Under the pieces are notes generated by a model. It was given only the letters and a program-made list of their open reading frames with translations. It was not told where the DNA came from and ran no database searches. The position numbers and the translations under genes were made by a program. Below, one piece after another: positions 1 through 10,005 of a stretch of DNA of 64,000 nucleotides (its first letter is position 1; the number at the start of each line of letters is the position of its first letter). The stretch spans positions 18,971 to 82,970 of the forward strand of contig QMSP01000006.1 in assembly GCA_003650925.1 (NCBI GenBank), given 5' to 3'. Origin of the DNA: Thermoprotei archaeon. Lineage in GTDB: Archaea; Thermoproteota; Thermoprotei; QMSL01.

Positions 1-702
1 ATAGTACCTCAGGAGGACCTTCCCTTCAATGAGGAGGGCATAGTCCCTGATCTCATTATAAATCCGCATGCATTCCCATCAAGAATGACCCTTGGCCAGT
101 TGATAGAGACCATAGCAGGTAAAGTAGCTGCATTAGCTGGTAGATTTGTAGATGGCACACCCTTCTCAGGCGAGAAGGAGGATAAGTTAAGAATTGAGCT
201 GATTAAGCTAGGCTATAGAGGAGATGGCAAGGAGGCTCTATATGATGGAATAACAGGTGAGCTTCTAGAGACGCCTATCCTTATAGGCATAGTATATTAC
301 CAGAAGCTCCATCATATGGTAGCTGACAAGATACATGCAAGGGCAAGAGGTCCTGTACAAATACTGACCCGCCAGCCAACTGAAGGAAGAGCCAGAGAGG
401 GTGGACTAAGATTTGGAGAGATGGAACGTGACTGCTTGATAGGACATGGTGCCTCTATGTTGTTGAGAGAAAGACTGTTTGAGCAATCGGATAGATATGT
501 AGTCTACGTGTGTGAGAAGTGTGGCATGATAGGGTACTACGATAGGAAGAAAGACCGATATGTCTGCCCTCTGTGTGGAGATAAAGGCAAGCTGTGGCCT
601 GTTGAAATGTCCTATGCATTCAAGTTACTACTCCAGGAGCTTATGAGCATGTGCATCTTCCCAAGAATACGCTTAGTTGATAAAGCTAGTGCAGGAGGTT
701 GA
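1..702 (+). CDS. rpoB: DNA-directed RNA polymerase subunit B, C-terminal part (5' end lies outside the window)
   Basis: Frame 1 is open from nt 1 ([30 protein letters not shown]...). The C-terminal zinc-binding region (CEKCG...CPLCG) is typical of archaeal/eukaryal RNAP B/Rpb2. The TGA stop is at 700-702. Confidence 0.9.
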   Translation: MVPQEDLPFNEEGIVPDLIINPHAFPSRMTLGQLIETIAGKVAALAGRFVDGTPFSGEKEDKLRIELIKLGYRGDGKEALYDGITGELLETPILIGIVYYQKLHHMVADKIHARARGPVQILTRQPTEGRAREGGLRFGEMERDCLIGHGASMLLRERLFEQSDRYVVYVCEKCGMIGYYDRKKDRYVCPLCGDKGKLWPVEMSYAFKLLLQELMSMCIFPRIRLVDKASAGG

Positions 703-706
703 TAGT

Positions 707-3358
707 ATGAGCTTGCATATATTAACCAAAAGAATAGGAGCTATTGAGTTCGGAGTTCTTGATCCTGATACAATACGCAGAATGTCTGTCACAGCAATAA
801 TAACTGCTGATACTTATGACGAGGATGGTATGCCAATCAGGTCAGGTCTAATGGATAGAAGGCTTGGAACTGTAGAGCCAGGAGTTAGATGTGAAACATG
901 CGGAAATCCTGTAGGTCTATGTCCTGGTCACTTTGGTCACATAGAGCTCGCTCGTCCAGTTATACATGTAGGCTTTGTAAAAATAATACACCAGCTACTG
1001 CGAGCCACCTGTAGAAACTGTGGAAGGCTCTTGCTTCCGCAGAGTGAAATAGAAAAATACAAGGAACGTATGAAACGCTATGAGAAACGATGGTATGCTC
1101 TTAGCCTTAAGCTAGCTGAGGTGATATTGAAAAAGGCAATGGATAACCCTGAATGTCCTCACTGTCATGCCAAACAATACAAGATCAAATTTGAGAAACC
1201 CACCATGTTCTTTGAAGAAAGAGAAGAAGGTTTGGTAAGGCTCACCCCAAGTGACGTACGAAGTAGACTAGAGAAAATACCGGACGAGGACTTATGGCTT
1301 ATAGGAATAAATCCAAAGACTGCAAGACCTGAATGGTTTGTGCTAACAGTTCTGCCAGTACCGCCTATATGCGTTAGACCATCAATAACACTAGAGTCAG
1401 GTGTTAGATCTGAGGATGATCTAACGCACAAGCTAGTTGACATAATAAGAATAAACGAGAGGTTAAGGGAGAATATAGAAGCTGGAGCTCCTCAGCTAAT
1501 AATTGATGACCTATGGGAACTGCTCCAATATCACGTGACTACATATTTCGACAATGAGGTTCCTGGCATTCCACCAGCTAAGCATAGATCAGGAAGGCCT
1601 TTGAGAACTTTAGCTCAAAGACTAAAGGGCAAAGAAGGTCGCTTTAGAGGAAACTTGTCTGGGAAGAGAGTCGATTTCTCAGCCAGAACAGTGATCTCTC
1701 CTGATCCTTGTCTAAGTATAAATGAAGTAGGTGTTCCTATAGATGTGGCCAAGATACTCACTGTTCCTGAAAGAGTAACTGAATGGAACATAGAAGAAAT
1801 GAGAAGGCTTGTGATAAACGGCCCCGATAAATACCCTGGAGCTAACTACATAGTAAGACCTGATGGCAAGAGAATAGACCTTCGCTTCCCAAAGGATAGA
1901 AGAACTCTAGCTGAACAGCTTAAGCCGGGCTATATAGTTGAGAGGCACTTAAAAGATGGTGATATAGTGCTGTTCAACAGACAGCCATCCCTTCACAGAA
2001 TGTCCATGATGGCCCATAAAGTAAGAGTATTACCGTATAGAACATTTAGGCTAAATCTCTGCGTATGTCCACCATACAATGCTGATTTCGATGGAGATGA
2101 AATGAATCTGCATGTACCTCAAAGTGAAGAAGCACGAGCTGAGGCACGGATACTGATGCTAGTTCAAGAGCACATACTATCCCCTAGATATGGTGGTCCC
2201 ATCATGGGTGCTATCCACGACTACATAACTGCTGCCTATCTTCTAACACTGAAATCTGTACTTCTCACAAGAGAACAGGTAGCTCAGCTCCTCGTGGTGG
2301 GTGAATACAGAGGTGAACTTCCTGAACCAGCTATAAAGAAGCCTATTGAGCTCTGGACTGGAAAACAAGTTTTCAGCGTCTTCTTACCAAAAGATATGAA
2401 CTTCTCCCTTAGAGCTAGCATATGTATGAAATGTGACCAATGTCTTAGAGAAGAATGTCCCTATGATGCATACGTCATGGTTAGGGAAGGCAAGCTTCTA
2501 CTAGGTGTTATTGATAAGGCATCCATAGGGGCAGAGAAGACTGATAGCATCCTTCACTACATAGTCAAGAACTATGGGACTGATAAGGGAAGGGAGTTCA
2601 TGGATACTTGCTTCAAGATGCTATTGTACTTCCTCGACAGGCATGGCTTCACAATGGGCCTTGAAAGCCTGGACATACCTAAGGATGTAATAGAAGAGAT
2701 AAAGGAAGTATTCAGGAAAGCTGAAGCAAAAGTAAATGCACTAATCGAAGACTACTTAAAAGGTCGTCTTGAACCACAGCCTGGCAAGACTCTAGAGGAA
2801 ACTTTGGAGGTGAAGATAATAGAGGTTCTCAATGAGGTAAGAGATCAAGCCGGCAAAATAGCATGCAGGCATATGCGGCTTGACAATGAGGTGCTGGTTA
2901 TGACACAGACAGGCGCTAGAGGTAACATAATAAATGTAACTCAGATGTGTGCTTGCCTTGGCCAGCAGCACCTAAGAGGTGAGCGAATTCACAGAGGATA
3001 TCATGGCCGTCCTCTGCCTCATTTCAAGCAAGGGGACCTTGGAGTTAGAGCAAGAGGTTTTGTATTTAGCTCATTCAAGAGAGGTCTAACACCTGTTGAG
3101 TTCTTCTTCCATGCAATGACTGGTAGAGAAGGTCTAGTGGATACAGCTGTACGTACCTCCCAAAGTGGATATATGCAACGTAGACTCATCAATGCTCTAC
3201 AAGACCTGCGTGTGGAATATGATGGTACTGTTAGGACTGCGGATAATATAATAGTACAATTTAGATATGGTGAGGATGGAGTTGATCCCGCGAAAAGTTA
3301 TCATGGTCGTCCTGTCAATCTAGACTTTATCATAAATAAGGCTTTGGAGGTGGAATAG
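707..3358 (+). CDS. rpoA1: DNA-directed RNA polymerase subunit A' (Rpo1N)
   Basis: About 880 aa with the N-terminal Zn motifs CETCG...CPGHFGH and the [10 protein letters not shown] catalytic-loop motif. ATG is at 707, preceded by GGAGGT at 694-699. The ORF track lists the upstream TTG at 677 as its start. Confidence 0.93.
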   Translation: MSLHILTKRIGAIEFGVLDPDTIRRMSVTAIITADTYDEDGMPIRSGLMDRRLGTVEPGVRCETCGNPVGLCPGHFGHIELARPVIHVGFVKIIHQLLRATCRNCGRLLLPQSEIEKYKERMKRYEKRWYALSLKLAEVILKKAMDNPECPHCHAKQYKIKFEKPTMFFEEREEGLVRLTPSDVRSRLEKIPDEDLWLIGINPKTARPEWFVLTVLPVPPICVRPSITLESGVRSEDDLTHKLVDIIRINERLRENIEAGAPQLIIDDLWELLQYHVTTYFDNEVPGIPPAKHRSGRPLRTLAQRLKGKEGRFRGNLSGKRVDFSARTVISPDPCLSINEVGVPIDVAKILTVPERVTEWNIEEMRRLVINGPDKYPGANYIVRPDGKRIDLRFPKDRRTLAEQLKPGYIVERHLKDGDIVLFNRQPSLHRMSMMAHKVRVLPYRTFRLNLCVCPPYNADFDGDEMNLHVPQSEEARAEARILMLVQEHILSPRYGGPIMGAIHDYITAAYLLTLKSVLLTREQVAQLLVVGEYRGELPEPAIKKPIELWTGKQVFSVFLPKDMNFSLRASICMKCDQCLREECPYDAYVMVREGKLLLGVIDKASIGAEKTDSILHYIVKNYGTDKGREFMDTCFKMLLYFLDRHGFTMGLESLDIPKDVIEEIKEVFRKAEAKVNALIEDYLKGRLEPQPGKTLEETLEVKIIEVLNEVRDQAGKIACRHMRLDNEVLVMTQTGARGNIINVTQMCACLGQQHLRGERIHRGYHGRPLPHFKQGDLGVRARGFVFSSFKRGLTPVEFFFHAMTGREGLVDTAVRTSQSGYMQRRLINALQDLRVEYDGTVRTADNIIVQFRYGEDGVDPAKSYHGRPVNLDFIINKALEVE

Positions 3359-4564
3359 ATGAACAATGGAGAGAATAAACTAAGCAAGGAGATTATAATG
3401 AAGGAAGTAGAGAAACTCAAAGACATAGGACTCCCTGAGGCATTAGTTGAGGAGGTTAAAGCCAAACTTGCTGATGTGAAATTAACCAAAAGGCAACTAG
3501 ACTTCATATTATCAGAGATTGTGAAGGAGTACTATGCCTCTCAAGTTGAGCCAGGAGAAGCGGTGGGCACAGTGGCTGCTCAATCCATAGGAGAGCCAAG
3601 CACTCAGATGACTCTTAGAACTTTTCACTATGCTGGAGTCAGAGAATTCAACATAACCCTAGGCCTTCCTCGTCTCATAGAGATAGTCGATGCCAGAAGA
3701 ACTCCTTCCACTCCTATGATGACCATATACCTGGATGAAGAACATAGACATAGTAGGGACAAAGCGCTTGAGGTTGCTAGGAGGATAGAGTATACTGCTA
3801 TAGAAAACGTCGCAAGAAGTATTGAGATAGACATCAACACATTTTCTATAGTAATAGAGCTTGATCCTGAGCTCTTAAGCAATAAGGGTCTAACCATAGA
3901 CCATGTAGTCAAAGCTCTTCAAAGGCTTAAAGGTGAGATACACATAGAGGACAATAGGATAATATTCATCCCAAGTGGTGTTACAGATATATTTAAACTT
4001 CAGAAGCTGAGGGACCGAATATTAGGCTTAAAGCTCAAGGGTATAAAGAACATTAGAAGAGTTCTCGTTAAAGAGGAGAGTGGAGAATATATCTTAGTTA
4101 CGGAAGGCTCCAACCTAGCAGCAGTTCTTACTGTAGAAGGCGTAGACCCAACTAGGACTACGACTAATAACATTCATGAGATAGCTGAAGTCCTGGGAAT
4201 AGAGGCAGCACGAAATGCAATAATTCAGGAGATGATGAATGTACTAAGAGAGCAGGGATTAGAGGTCGATATAAGACACATAATGTTAGTGGCTGACATG
4301 ATGACACTTACAGGGAGGGTCAGGCAGATAGGGAGACATGGTGTGAGTGGAGAGAAACCAAGCGTACTAGCTAGGGCGGCCTTTGAAGTTACGGTAAAAC
4401 ATCTCCTTGAAGCTGCAGTCAGAGGAGAAGTTGATAATCTGAAGGGAGTGGCTGAGAACGTCATAGTAGGTTCCAACTTGATACCCTTAGGTACAGGTAT
4501 GGTGAACCTCCTCATGTACCCTACTGCGATTAGGAGAGAAAATGAGAATGAAGCTGGAGGTTGA
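3359..4564 (+). CDS. rpoA2: DNA-directed RNA polymerase subunit A'' (Rpo1C)
   Basis: Starts immediately after the rpoA1 stop. The conserved [26 protein letters not shown] block belongs to the A''/Rpb1 C-terminal half. Confidence 0.93.
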   Translation: MNNGENKLSKEIIMKEVEKLKDIGLPEALVEEVKAKLADVKLTKRQLDFILSEIVKEYYASQVEPGEAVGTVAAQSIGEPSTQMTLRTFHYAGVREFNITLGLPRLIEIVDARRTPSTPMMTIYLDEEHRHSRDKALEVARRIEYTAIENVARSIEIDINTFSIVIELDPELLSNKGLTIDHVVKALQRLKGEIHIEDNRIIFIPSGVTDIFKLQKLRDRILGLKLKGIKNIRRVLVKEESGEYILVTEGSNLAAVLTVEGVDPTRTTTNNIHEIAEVLGIEAARNAIIQEMMNVLREQGLEVDIRHIMLVADMMTLTGRVRQIGRHGVSGEKPSVLARAAFEVTVKHLLEAAVRGEVDNLKGVAENVIVGSNLIPLGTGMVNLLMYPTAIRRENENEAGG

Positions 4565-4569
4565 TAGCT

Positions 4570-4881
4570 ATGGTTGACTTTGAGAGAGAGCTCAGAACTG
4601 CTATGAGAACAGGAAAAGTAGTAATAGGCTCTAAGAGTACATTGAAAGCCCTGATGTTTGGGAAGGCAAAACTCGTGATAGTAGCTTCTAATTGCCCTAG
4701 AGACATCAGAGAAGACATTTTCTACTACGCCAAGCTAGCCGATATTCCTGTTTATATATTTCCTGGTTCAAGCTGGGACCTTGGTGCAGTTTGCGGTAAG
4801 CCATTCATGGTTGCATCATTGGCCATTATAGATCCTGGTGAAAGTGAAATACTTCAGCTAGCCGAAAAAGCTAAATCATAA
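4570..4881 (+). CDS. rpl30e: ribosomal protein L30e
   Basis: The MVDFERELRTAMRTGKVVIGSK... L30e/L7Ae-fold sequence sits at the conserved position after rpoA2. I take the ATG at 4570; the track begins at a TTG at 4561. Confidence 0.85.
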   Translation: MVDFERELRTAMRTGKVVIGSKSTLKALMFGKAKLVIVASNCPRDIREDIFYYAKLADIPVYIFPGSSWDLGAVCGKPFMVASLAIIDPGESEILQLAEKAKS

Positions 4882-4901
4882 GGGCTCTGAAAGGTGAGAT
4901 C

Positions 4902-5336
4902 GTGCCGACCATAAGGTTGACTGAAGAGGAAATGAGGTATATTGCACTGTTTGAAAGTCTTACAGGAGCTACCACAAAGGATTGTGTATATGATCCCCAA
5001 ATGAATCGCTTAATATTCCTTGTCAAACCAGGCCAAGTGGGCCTCGCTGTGGGAAGAAATGGTATCAAAGTGAAGAGGCTGAGACAGCTCTTAGGGAAGA
5101 ACATAGAAGTCGTTGAATATGCTGAAACCCCTGAAGAACTCATAAAAAATAGTCTATTCCCAGCCAAAGTTCGTGCTGTAAAAATAACCAAAACCTCTGA
5201 TGGTAGGAAGATAGCCATAGTAACCGTTGATCCAGCCTACAAGGGCTTAGCCATAGGAAAGGATGGAAGAAACATAAGCAGGGCAAGAATACTTGTTAAG
5301 CGGTATTTCGATATAGATAACGTCATAATACCCTAG
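4902..5336 (+). CDS. nusA: NusA-like transcription termination/antitermination factor (two KH domains)
   Basis: A 144-aa protein with two KH GxxG motifs (VGRNGIKV, IGKDGRNI). It occupies the conserved position after rpl30e. The start is GTG. Confidence 0.85.
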   Translation: MPTIRLTEEEMRYIALFESLTGATTKDCVYDPQMNRLIFLVKPGQVGLAVGRNGIKVKRLRQLLGKNIEVVEYAETPEELIKNSLFPAKVRAVKITKTSDGRKIAIVTVDPAYKGLAIGKDGRNISRARILVKRYFDIDNVIIP

Positions 5337-5338
5337 AT

Positions 5339-5361
5339 AGTCTCATGGGATTAGACTTTTA
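5339..5361 (+). terminator. stem-loop plus T-tract directly after the nusA stop
   Basis: AGTCT-catgggatt-AGACT hairpin followed by TTTT, 3 nt after the nusA TAG. Confidence 0.4.
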
Positions 5362-5474
5362 AACAAATCCGTACATATTCCGTGCCTGGTGTCTATAATG
5401 CCAAGGCTGAAACCAGATGTAGCTATCCTTACGCGCATCATTGGTGATATTGTTCTTGACATAACTTCGCCCTC

Positions 5475-5981
5475 TTGAATAAACACATCTCATTCAGTCC
5501 CATCCTCTATACTGCCTTTTATCACTATTGCTACATGGTGCCAGCTATAGAGAGGCTTAAGGTAGGAGAGGCAATACTATATTTGGCTTCAAAGCGTAAG
5601 TGGAAGAAGGTTAAAGTTCCAAAGGTTGAGGGGCTTAGGCCCAAGAGAGCAGAGCCATGTCTAATCATAGTTGAGGAGGGAGTGAGACTGGTCCCAATAG
5701 ATGTTGCAAAAGGAAAAGCGGAAGGGGCTAGAGTTGGAGAGCGGGAAAAGGAAGAAGATGTTCTATCACGAGAGGATATTGAGAAGTTTACTGTTAAGAC
5801 AGCTTCTATGCTAGCTTCACTTCAGGAGAGGATTAAGAGGCTTGAGGAAGTGGGGGCTAAGTCTCCGATGTCTGTTCAGATGGGAGAGGAGCGGATAACT
5901 GAGCTATATACAAGGCTTCAAAGGCTTGAGGAAGCGTATCAGAGGGAGTTTCAGGAAGTATATAGATGGCTTCAGAGCTAA
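5475..5981 (+). CDS. hypothetical protein with predicted C-terminal coiled coil, inside the nusA-rps12 insertion
   Basis: ORF with a charged, heptad-like C-terminus (ERIKRLEEVG...ELYTRLQRLEEAYQREFQE). I recognise no family. The real start may be the internal Met at about 5535. Confidence 0.35.
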   Translation: MNKHISFSPILYTAFYHYCYMVPAIERLKVGEAILYLASKRKWKKVKVPKVEGLRPKRAEPCLIIVEEGVRLVPIDVAKGKAEGARVGEREKEEDVLSREDIEKFTVKTASMLASLQERIKRLEEVGAKSPMSVQMGEERITELYTRLQRLEEAYQREFQEVYRWLQS

Positions 5982-6144
5982 GGATGTTGATAAAATGCTT
6001 AAGATTAATGAGAGAGGAGGCAGCCTAATGATGATATCAGCATATCTTGACTATTTAGCAGAGCAAGGACTCCTTGAAGTACATAGAAGTAGAAGTAGGA
6101 AGAAGTACATTACCAAGAGAGAGCCAACCATGGCCTGGGCATAA
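5926..6144 (+). CDS. small hypothetical protein, possibly winged-helix
   Basis: A 72-aa basic ORF overlapping the end of the preceding ORF. The wHTH resemblance (LDYLAEQGLLEV...KYITKRE) is weak. Confidence 0.25.
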   Translation: MRKRIRGSFRKYIDGFRAKDVDKMLKINERGGSLMMISAYLDYLAEQGLLEVHRSRSRKKYITKREPTMAWA

Positions 6145-6356
6145 TTTGCTTAAGGGAGATGAGAGAAAATGAGAAAGCTCAAATATGGGGATTTACCAAG
6201 GGAAAGAAAGGAGGAAATTAAGGAAGTAATTAAGAAGTTAAGAGAGAAGGGTTCAGGTGCTGTTTCTGGGTTGTAGGTCTTTATACCCAATAAGCTTATA
6301 AGTGATAGTTGCTTATAGGTCCATTGATGACCCCTAGTTCCCATTATCCGCTCCTT

Positions 6357-6440
6357 GGTTGGGCGGTGAGGGGGCTAGGGGAAACCGTGATGAACCGCTT
6401 ACGGGGGCCTAAAAAGACCGTAAGCGGGGAACGGTTACGG
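6357..6440 (+). other. GC-rich structured element: 10-bp perfect stem inside a 6-bp outer stem
   Basis: AACCGT(6383-6388)-GATGAA-CCGCTTACGG(6395-6404)-13-nt loop-CCGTAAGCGG(6418-6427)-GG-ACGGTT(6431-6436). It is embedded in a G-rich run (gggcggtgagggggctagggg) inside otherwise AT-rich spacer. It contains GTGATGA but has no D box. Confidence 0.4.
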
Positions 6441-6522
6441 ATATAGGAAGATCAAGAAGTACATAGAGGAACACTATGGAGTCGAGATAAGCAGAGCAAC
6501 TATACAATACATTGTTAGAAGG

Positions 6523-7185
6523 GTGCTCAGAGACATGAGATGGATGAGAGAGATTTCCAAGAGATTAAAACGAACAAAAGAAGCCTTAGTAGCCACGACT
6601 TACATAATTGGAATAGCAATGAGTGATGGATTCAGAGACGAGTATCGGTTCAGAGTTCGACTTGCGAAGAGAAATAGAAGGGGGGAAGATCAATGGCCAG
6701 TTATTGAGAGTGTGGCTACAGCATTAAGAAAGATGGGGTTACAACCTAAGATAAGAATCTGGGATAAATGGTATGAAGTGGAAGCATATTCAAAGCAACT
6801 GAGTGAGTTAGTGAGGTTGGTAAAGACATCGAAAGAGTCAGTTAAACGTTTAATCAGAGGTTACGGGAGGCATTTCCTTAAAGGTTATTATGAGGGGGAT
6901 GGTTGCCTCTATAAGCAAAGCGAGTGCGATTGGGACATTGTTTTTAAGAGTAAAAAGTGGTCTAACTTAGTTGTAATCGCTTGGGCATTGAAGAGATTGG
7001 GGATTGGATACAAAGGGATATACAGGACAGTAACCAAAGAGGGAGTCGACTATATATTGAAGATCACAGAGCAGAGTGAGGTAGAGAAGTTTCTCAAAAT
7101 AGTCTGTCCATCTGTGAAGAATCCAATATCCCCCCAAAGGCCACCTCAAGCCCTGTTATCATATTGTATCCTTTCTGGATGGTAG
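6523..7185 (+). CDS. free-standing LAGLIDADG-type homing-endonuclease-like protein (double-motif)
   Basis: Two LAGLIDADG-like motifs about 90 residues apart: YIIGIAMSDGF near the N-terminus and FLKGYYEGDGCL mid-protein. The rest is basic and Lys/Arg-rich, as expected for a DNA-binding protein. The ORF begins with GTG; ATG codons at 6535 and 6544 are alternative starts. Confidence 0.6.
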   Translation: MLRDMRWMREISKRLKRTKEALVATTYIIGIAMSDGFRDEYRFRVRLAKRNRRGEDQWPVIESVATALRKMGLQPKIRIWDKWYEVEAYSKQLSELVRLVKTSKESVKRLIRGYGRHFLKGYYEGDGCLYKQSECDWDIVFKSKKWSNLVVIAWALKRLGIGYKGIYRTVTKEGVDYILKITEQSEVEKFLKIVCPSVKNPISPQRPPQALLSYCILSGW

Positions 7186-7243
7186 AGAAAAAGTTAAAAG
7201 AGATAAGTCAACTAAATGATGGGGCTCTATGGGGGAGTAGGTT

Positions 7244-7681
7244 ATGGGTAAATCACCTCGAGGCCTGTATGCAGCTAGGAAGCTTAAGCTCAAGCGTAAG
7301 AAGTTCCGATGGAGTGATATAAACTATAGGAAGAAGATGTTAGGCCTAGACATAAAGACTGATCCCCTTGAAGGAGCACCTATGGCAAGAGGTATAGTGC
7401 TTCAGAAGGTAGGTATCGAGAGCCGACAGCCCAATAGTGCAGTCAGGAAGTGTGTCAGAGTGCAGCTTCTCAAAAATAACAAGGTCGTTACAGCCTTTGT
7501 TCCAGGAGACGGTGCCCTTAATATCATAGATGAGCATGATGAAGTGATAATAGAAAGAATAGGCGGGCCAGAGGGTAAGGCCTATGGTGATCTCCCTGGA
7601 GTAAGGTTTAAGGTCATAATGGTTAATGGAGTATCCCTAAAGGCTATACTCGAAGGCAAGAGGCAGAAGCCCATGAGATGA
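7244..7681 (+). CDS. rps12: ribosomal protein S12 (uS12/S23e)
   Basis: Contains the conserved [14 protein letters not shown]...[10 protein letters not shown]12 core. Confidence 0.93.
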   Translation: MGKSPRGLYAARKLKLKRKKFRWSDINYRKKMLGLDIKTDPLEGAPMARGIVLQKVGIESRQPNSAVRKCVRVQLLKNNKVVTAFVPGDGALNIIDEHDEVIIERIGGPEGKAYGDLPGVRFKVIMVNGVSLKAILEGKRQKPMR

Positions 7682-7690
7682 GGTGCATTT

Positions 7691-8518
7691 ATGAAAGTAA
7701 GGATCCTAGAACTTGATGACCTTCATATAAAGTTCATACTGAAGGGAGCTAATCCAGCATTCGCCAATGCGCTTAGGAGGATCATGATAGCCGAAGTGCC
7801 ATCCATGGCCATAGATGAGGTTGTATTTCTTGAGAATACGTCCGTGCTTTATGACGAGATAATTGCCCATAGGTTAGCGCTAATTCCCTTGAGAACAGAC
7901 CTAGAGTCCTATAATTTACCAGAGGAATGTCAATGTGGAGGCACAGGCTGTTCGCTTTGCCAAGTAAGGCTATTTCTTGACATTGAAGCCGTAGATGAGC
8001 CCATCACTGTGTACTCTGGCCACCTAAAATCTGAGGATCCCAAAGTTGTTCCAGTTAAGGACAACATCCCTATAGTGAAATTAGCTCGTGGTCAGAAGCT
8101 AGTACTTGAAGCCTACGCTAGATTGGGTAGAGGCAAAGATCATGCAAAGTGGTCTCCTGTATCCGCATGTGCATATAAATATAAGCCTATAATAAAAATA
8201 AATACAGAACTATGTAACAATTGTGGATTATGCGCAGAAATATGTCCCAAGAATGTATTTGAAATGGTCGAAGGCAAGATCAAGGTAGTAAATGAACTTT
8301 CCTGTTCTCTATGTCGTGCATGCGAGAAAGTATGCGAGAAAGAGGCCATACGAATCCTAGGTGATGACACTACTTTCATATTCAATGTGGAGACAGTAGG
8401 CTCTCTTCCTCCTGAGAAAGTAGTGGAAGAGGCTTCCAAAATACTTGAGAAAAAGGCATTAAAGTTTATAGATGCCCTTTCGTCGCTTACTAAAGAGTAT
8501 AAGGAGGGAGAGTCTTGA
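7691..8518 (+). CDS. rpoD: DNA-directed RNA polymerase subunit D (Rpo3) with 4Fe-4S ferredoxin-like domain
   Basis: The N-terminal alpha-like dimerisation region (ANALRRIMIAEVPSMAIDEV) is followed by two CxxCxxCxxxCP motifs (CNNCGLCAEICP, CSLCRACEKVCE). Confidence 0.9.
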   Translation: MKVRILELDDLHIKFILKGANPAFANALRRIMIAEVPSMAIDEVVFLENTSVLYDEIIAHRLALIPLRTDLESYNLPEECQCGGTGCSLCQVRLFLDIEAVDEPITVYSGHLKSEDPKVVPVKDNIPIVKLARGQKLVLEAYARLGRGKDHAKWSPVSACAYKYKPIIKINTELCNNCGLCAEICPKNVFEMVEGKIKVVNELSCSLCRACEKVCEKEAIRILGDDTTFIFNVETVGSLPPEKVVEEASKILEKKALKFIDALSSLTKEYKEGES

Positions 8519-8877
8519 AGAGAACTGGCCCTACAAATATACATTTGAGGAGATTGATACACATGCTCAGAAAGGCATATAGAAGGCATGGTGCAAGAAT
8601 ATGGAGGACTACAGCTGAGCTCTTAAGTAAGCCAAGAAGGCAAAGAATAGCTGTGAATATCAGTCGAATCAACAGATATACCTCACCTGGTGATGTAGTC
8701 CTTGTGCCTGGTAAGGTGCTGGGCTCTGGAGTACTAGACCATCCAGTCACTGTAGCTGCTCTTGCCTTTTCTAAACAGGCTAAGGAGAAGATAGTGGCTG
8801 CCAAAGGTCGCTGCTTGACCATAGAGGAGTTGCTTGAAGAAAATCCGAAAGGATCCAATATCAAGATTATTGGATAG
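8515..8877 (+). CDS. rpl18e: ribosomal protein L18e
   Basis: Basic 120-aa protein with NIHLRRLIHMLRKA...; it sits in the conserved rpoD-L18e-L13-S9 order. Confidence 0.88.
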   Translation: MKRTGPTNIHLRRLIHMLRKAYRRHGARIWRTTAELLSKPRRQRIAVNISRINRYTSPGDVVLVPGKVLGSGVLDHPVTVAALAFSKQAKEKIVAAKGRCLTIEELLEENPKGSNIKIIG

Positions 8878-8882
8878 GGGGG

Positions 8883-9326
8883 ATGGTGTTGAAAGAGGTT
8901 GTAATTGATGCATCTGGCCTTGTTCTAGGTCGCCTCGCTAGCGTAGTAGCGAAAAGACTACTTATGGGTGAGCGAGTTATAATAATTAATGCTGAAAAGG
9001 CGCTGATATCCTGCAATAAGAGGAAAAGCCTTGTGGATAGGTTTAAAGAGAGACTTCGAAAGCGCACTCATTATAACCCTGAGAAGACAGGGCCTAAATG
9101 GCCGAGAAGACCTGATGGCATCGTTAGGAGGACTATAAGAGGGATGCTCCCTAGAAAAACTCCTAGAGGCAGAGCTGCTCTCAAGAGGCTCAGAGTTTAC
9201 ATAGGAGTTCCTGAGCACTATGCTCAAGCTCCTAAAGAGACTATACCTGAGGCGCTTCCAAAGAGCCATAGAGCGAAATATATAACTGTAGCTGAAGTTG
9301 CTAAAGAATTAGGGTGGAGGCCATGA
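8883..9326 (+). CDS. rpl13: ribosomal protein L13
   Basis: [21 protein letters not shown]... matches the uL13 N-terminus. Confidence 0.9.
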   Translation: MVLKEVVIDASGLVLGRLASVVAKRLLMGERVIIINAEKALISCNKRKSLVDRFKERLRKRTHYNPEKTGPKWPRRPDGIVRRTIRGMLPRKTPRGRAALKRLRVYIGVPEHYAQAPKETIPEALPKSHRAKYITVAEVAKELGWRP

Positions 9327-9727
9327 CTCGGATAGTAATCGCTGTTGGGAAGAGGAAGACAGCCATAGCTAGAGCAGTCATAAGGCCAGGAAAGGGAAGG
9401 GTTAGGATAAATAACATTCCTCTAGAAATCTATCAACCTGAGATGGCACGCTGGAAGATACTAGAGCCCCTTTTACTTGCAGGTGATGAGGTTAGAAACC
9501 AAGTCGACATAGATGTTAATGTTAAAGGAGGAGGATGGATGGGGCAAGCAACAGCTGCAAGAATGGCTATAGCTAGAGGGCTTGTTGAATGGACTCAATC
9601 TCCTGAACTAAAGAAGATATTTCTTGAATACGATAGGAGCATGTTAGCAGGAGATCCAAGAAGAACTGAGCCTAAGAAGCCGCGTGGTCACTCAGCTAGG
9701 GCTAAAAGGCAGAAGAGCTATCGCTAG
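9323..9727 (+). CDS. rps9: ribosomal protein S9
   Basis: [22 protein letters not shown]...KRQKSYR is the uS9 signature with its C-terminal basic tail. I take the ATG at 9323; the track starts at a GTG at 9314. Confidence 0.9.
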   Translation: MTRIVIAVGKRKTAIARAVIRPGKGRVRINNIPLEIYQPEMARWKILEPLLLAGDEVRNQVDIDVNVKGGGWMGQATAARMAIARGLVEWTQSPELKKIFLEYDRSMLAGDPRRTEPKKPRGHSARAKRQKSYR

Positions 9728-9945
9728 GAAGAAGGCCTTCTCTCAAGTCGTATCTCCTCAAACTTTAGTATCTCGTCTATCAGCTCAACATGGCTCAGAA
9801 GCATTCGACGGCAACAATATCTCTTTACTCCAAGCTCATCTAATACCTTGCCTGGTGGCTCGCCTCTTCTTACCCTCCTAACGAACTCCTCCCACTTATC
9901 AGCTATCAAAGCCCCGCATGTGAAACATCTTACTGGAATTATCAT
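9724..9945 (-). CDS. rpoN: DNA-directed RNA polymerase subunit N (Rpo10)
   Basis: A 73-aa protein with [11 protein letters not shown]...YCCRRML, the Zn-binding Rpb10 fold. It lies on the strand opposite to the r-protein genes around it. Confidence 0.88.
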   Translation of the reverse strand: MIIPVRCFTCGALIADKWEEFVRRVRRGEPPGKVLDELGVKRYCCRRMLLSHVELIDEILKFEEIRLERRPSS

Positions 9946-10005
9946 TCTAATCCCCTTTCTCTTGAGGTAAGGCTTATATTTAACTTTTAAGCCACATAGA
10001 GCCTG

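Noticed and set aside
1165-4718. Minus-strand ORFs of 60-100 aa inside rpoA1/rpoA2 (1165-1443, 3301-3507, 3628-3912, 4225-4515, 4530-4718)
   Set aside because: They are antisense to strongly supported RNAP genes and have a low-complexity Ser/Leu-rich composition, typical of shadow ORFs.
6150-6344. Minus-strand 64-aa ORF in the nusA-rps12 insertion
   Set aside because: Low-complexity Leu/Ser-rich sequence. The plus strand holds a better small ORF with an SD-like GGGAGATGAG upstream.
9684-9881. Plus-strand 65-aa ORF overlapping rpoN
   Set aside because: It is antisense to a well-conserved RpoN sequence and has no independent support.
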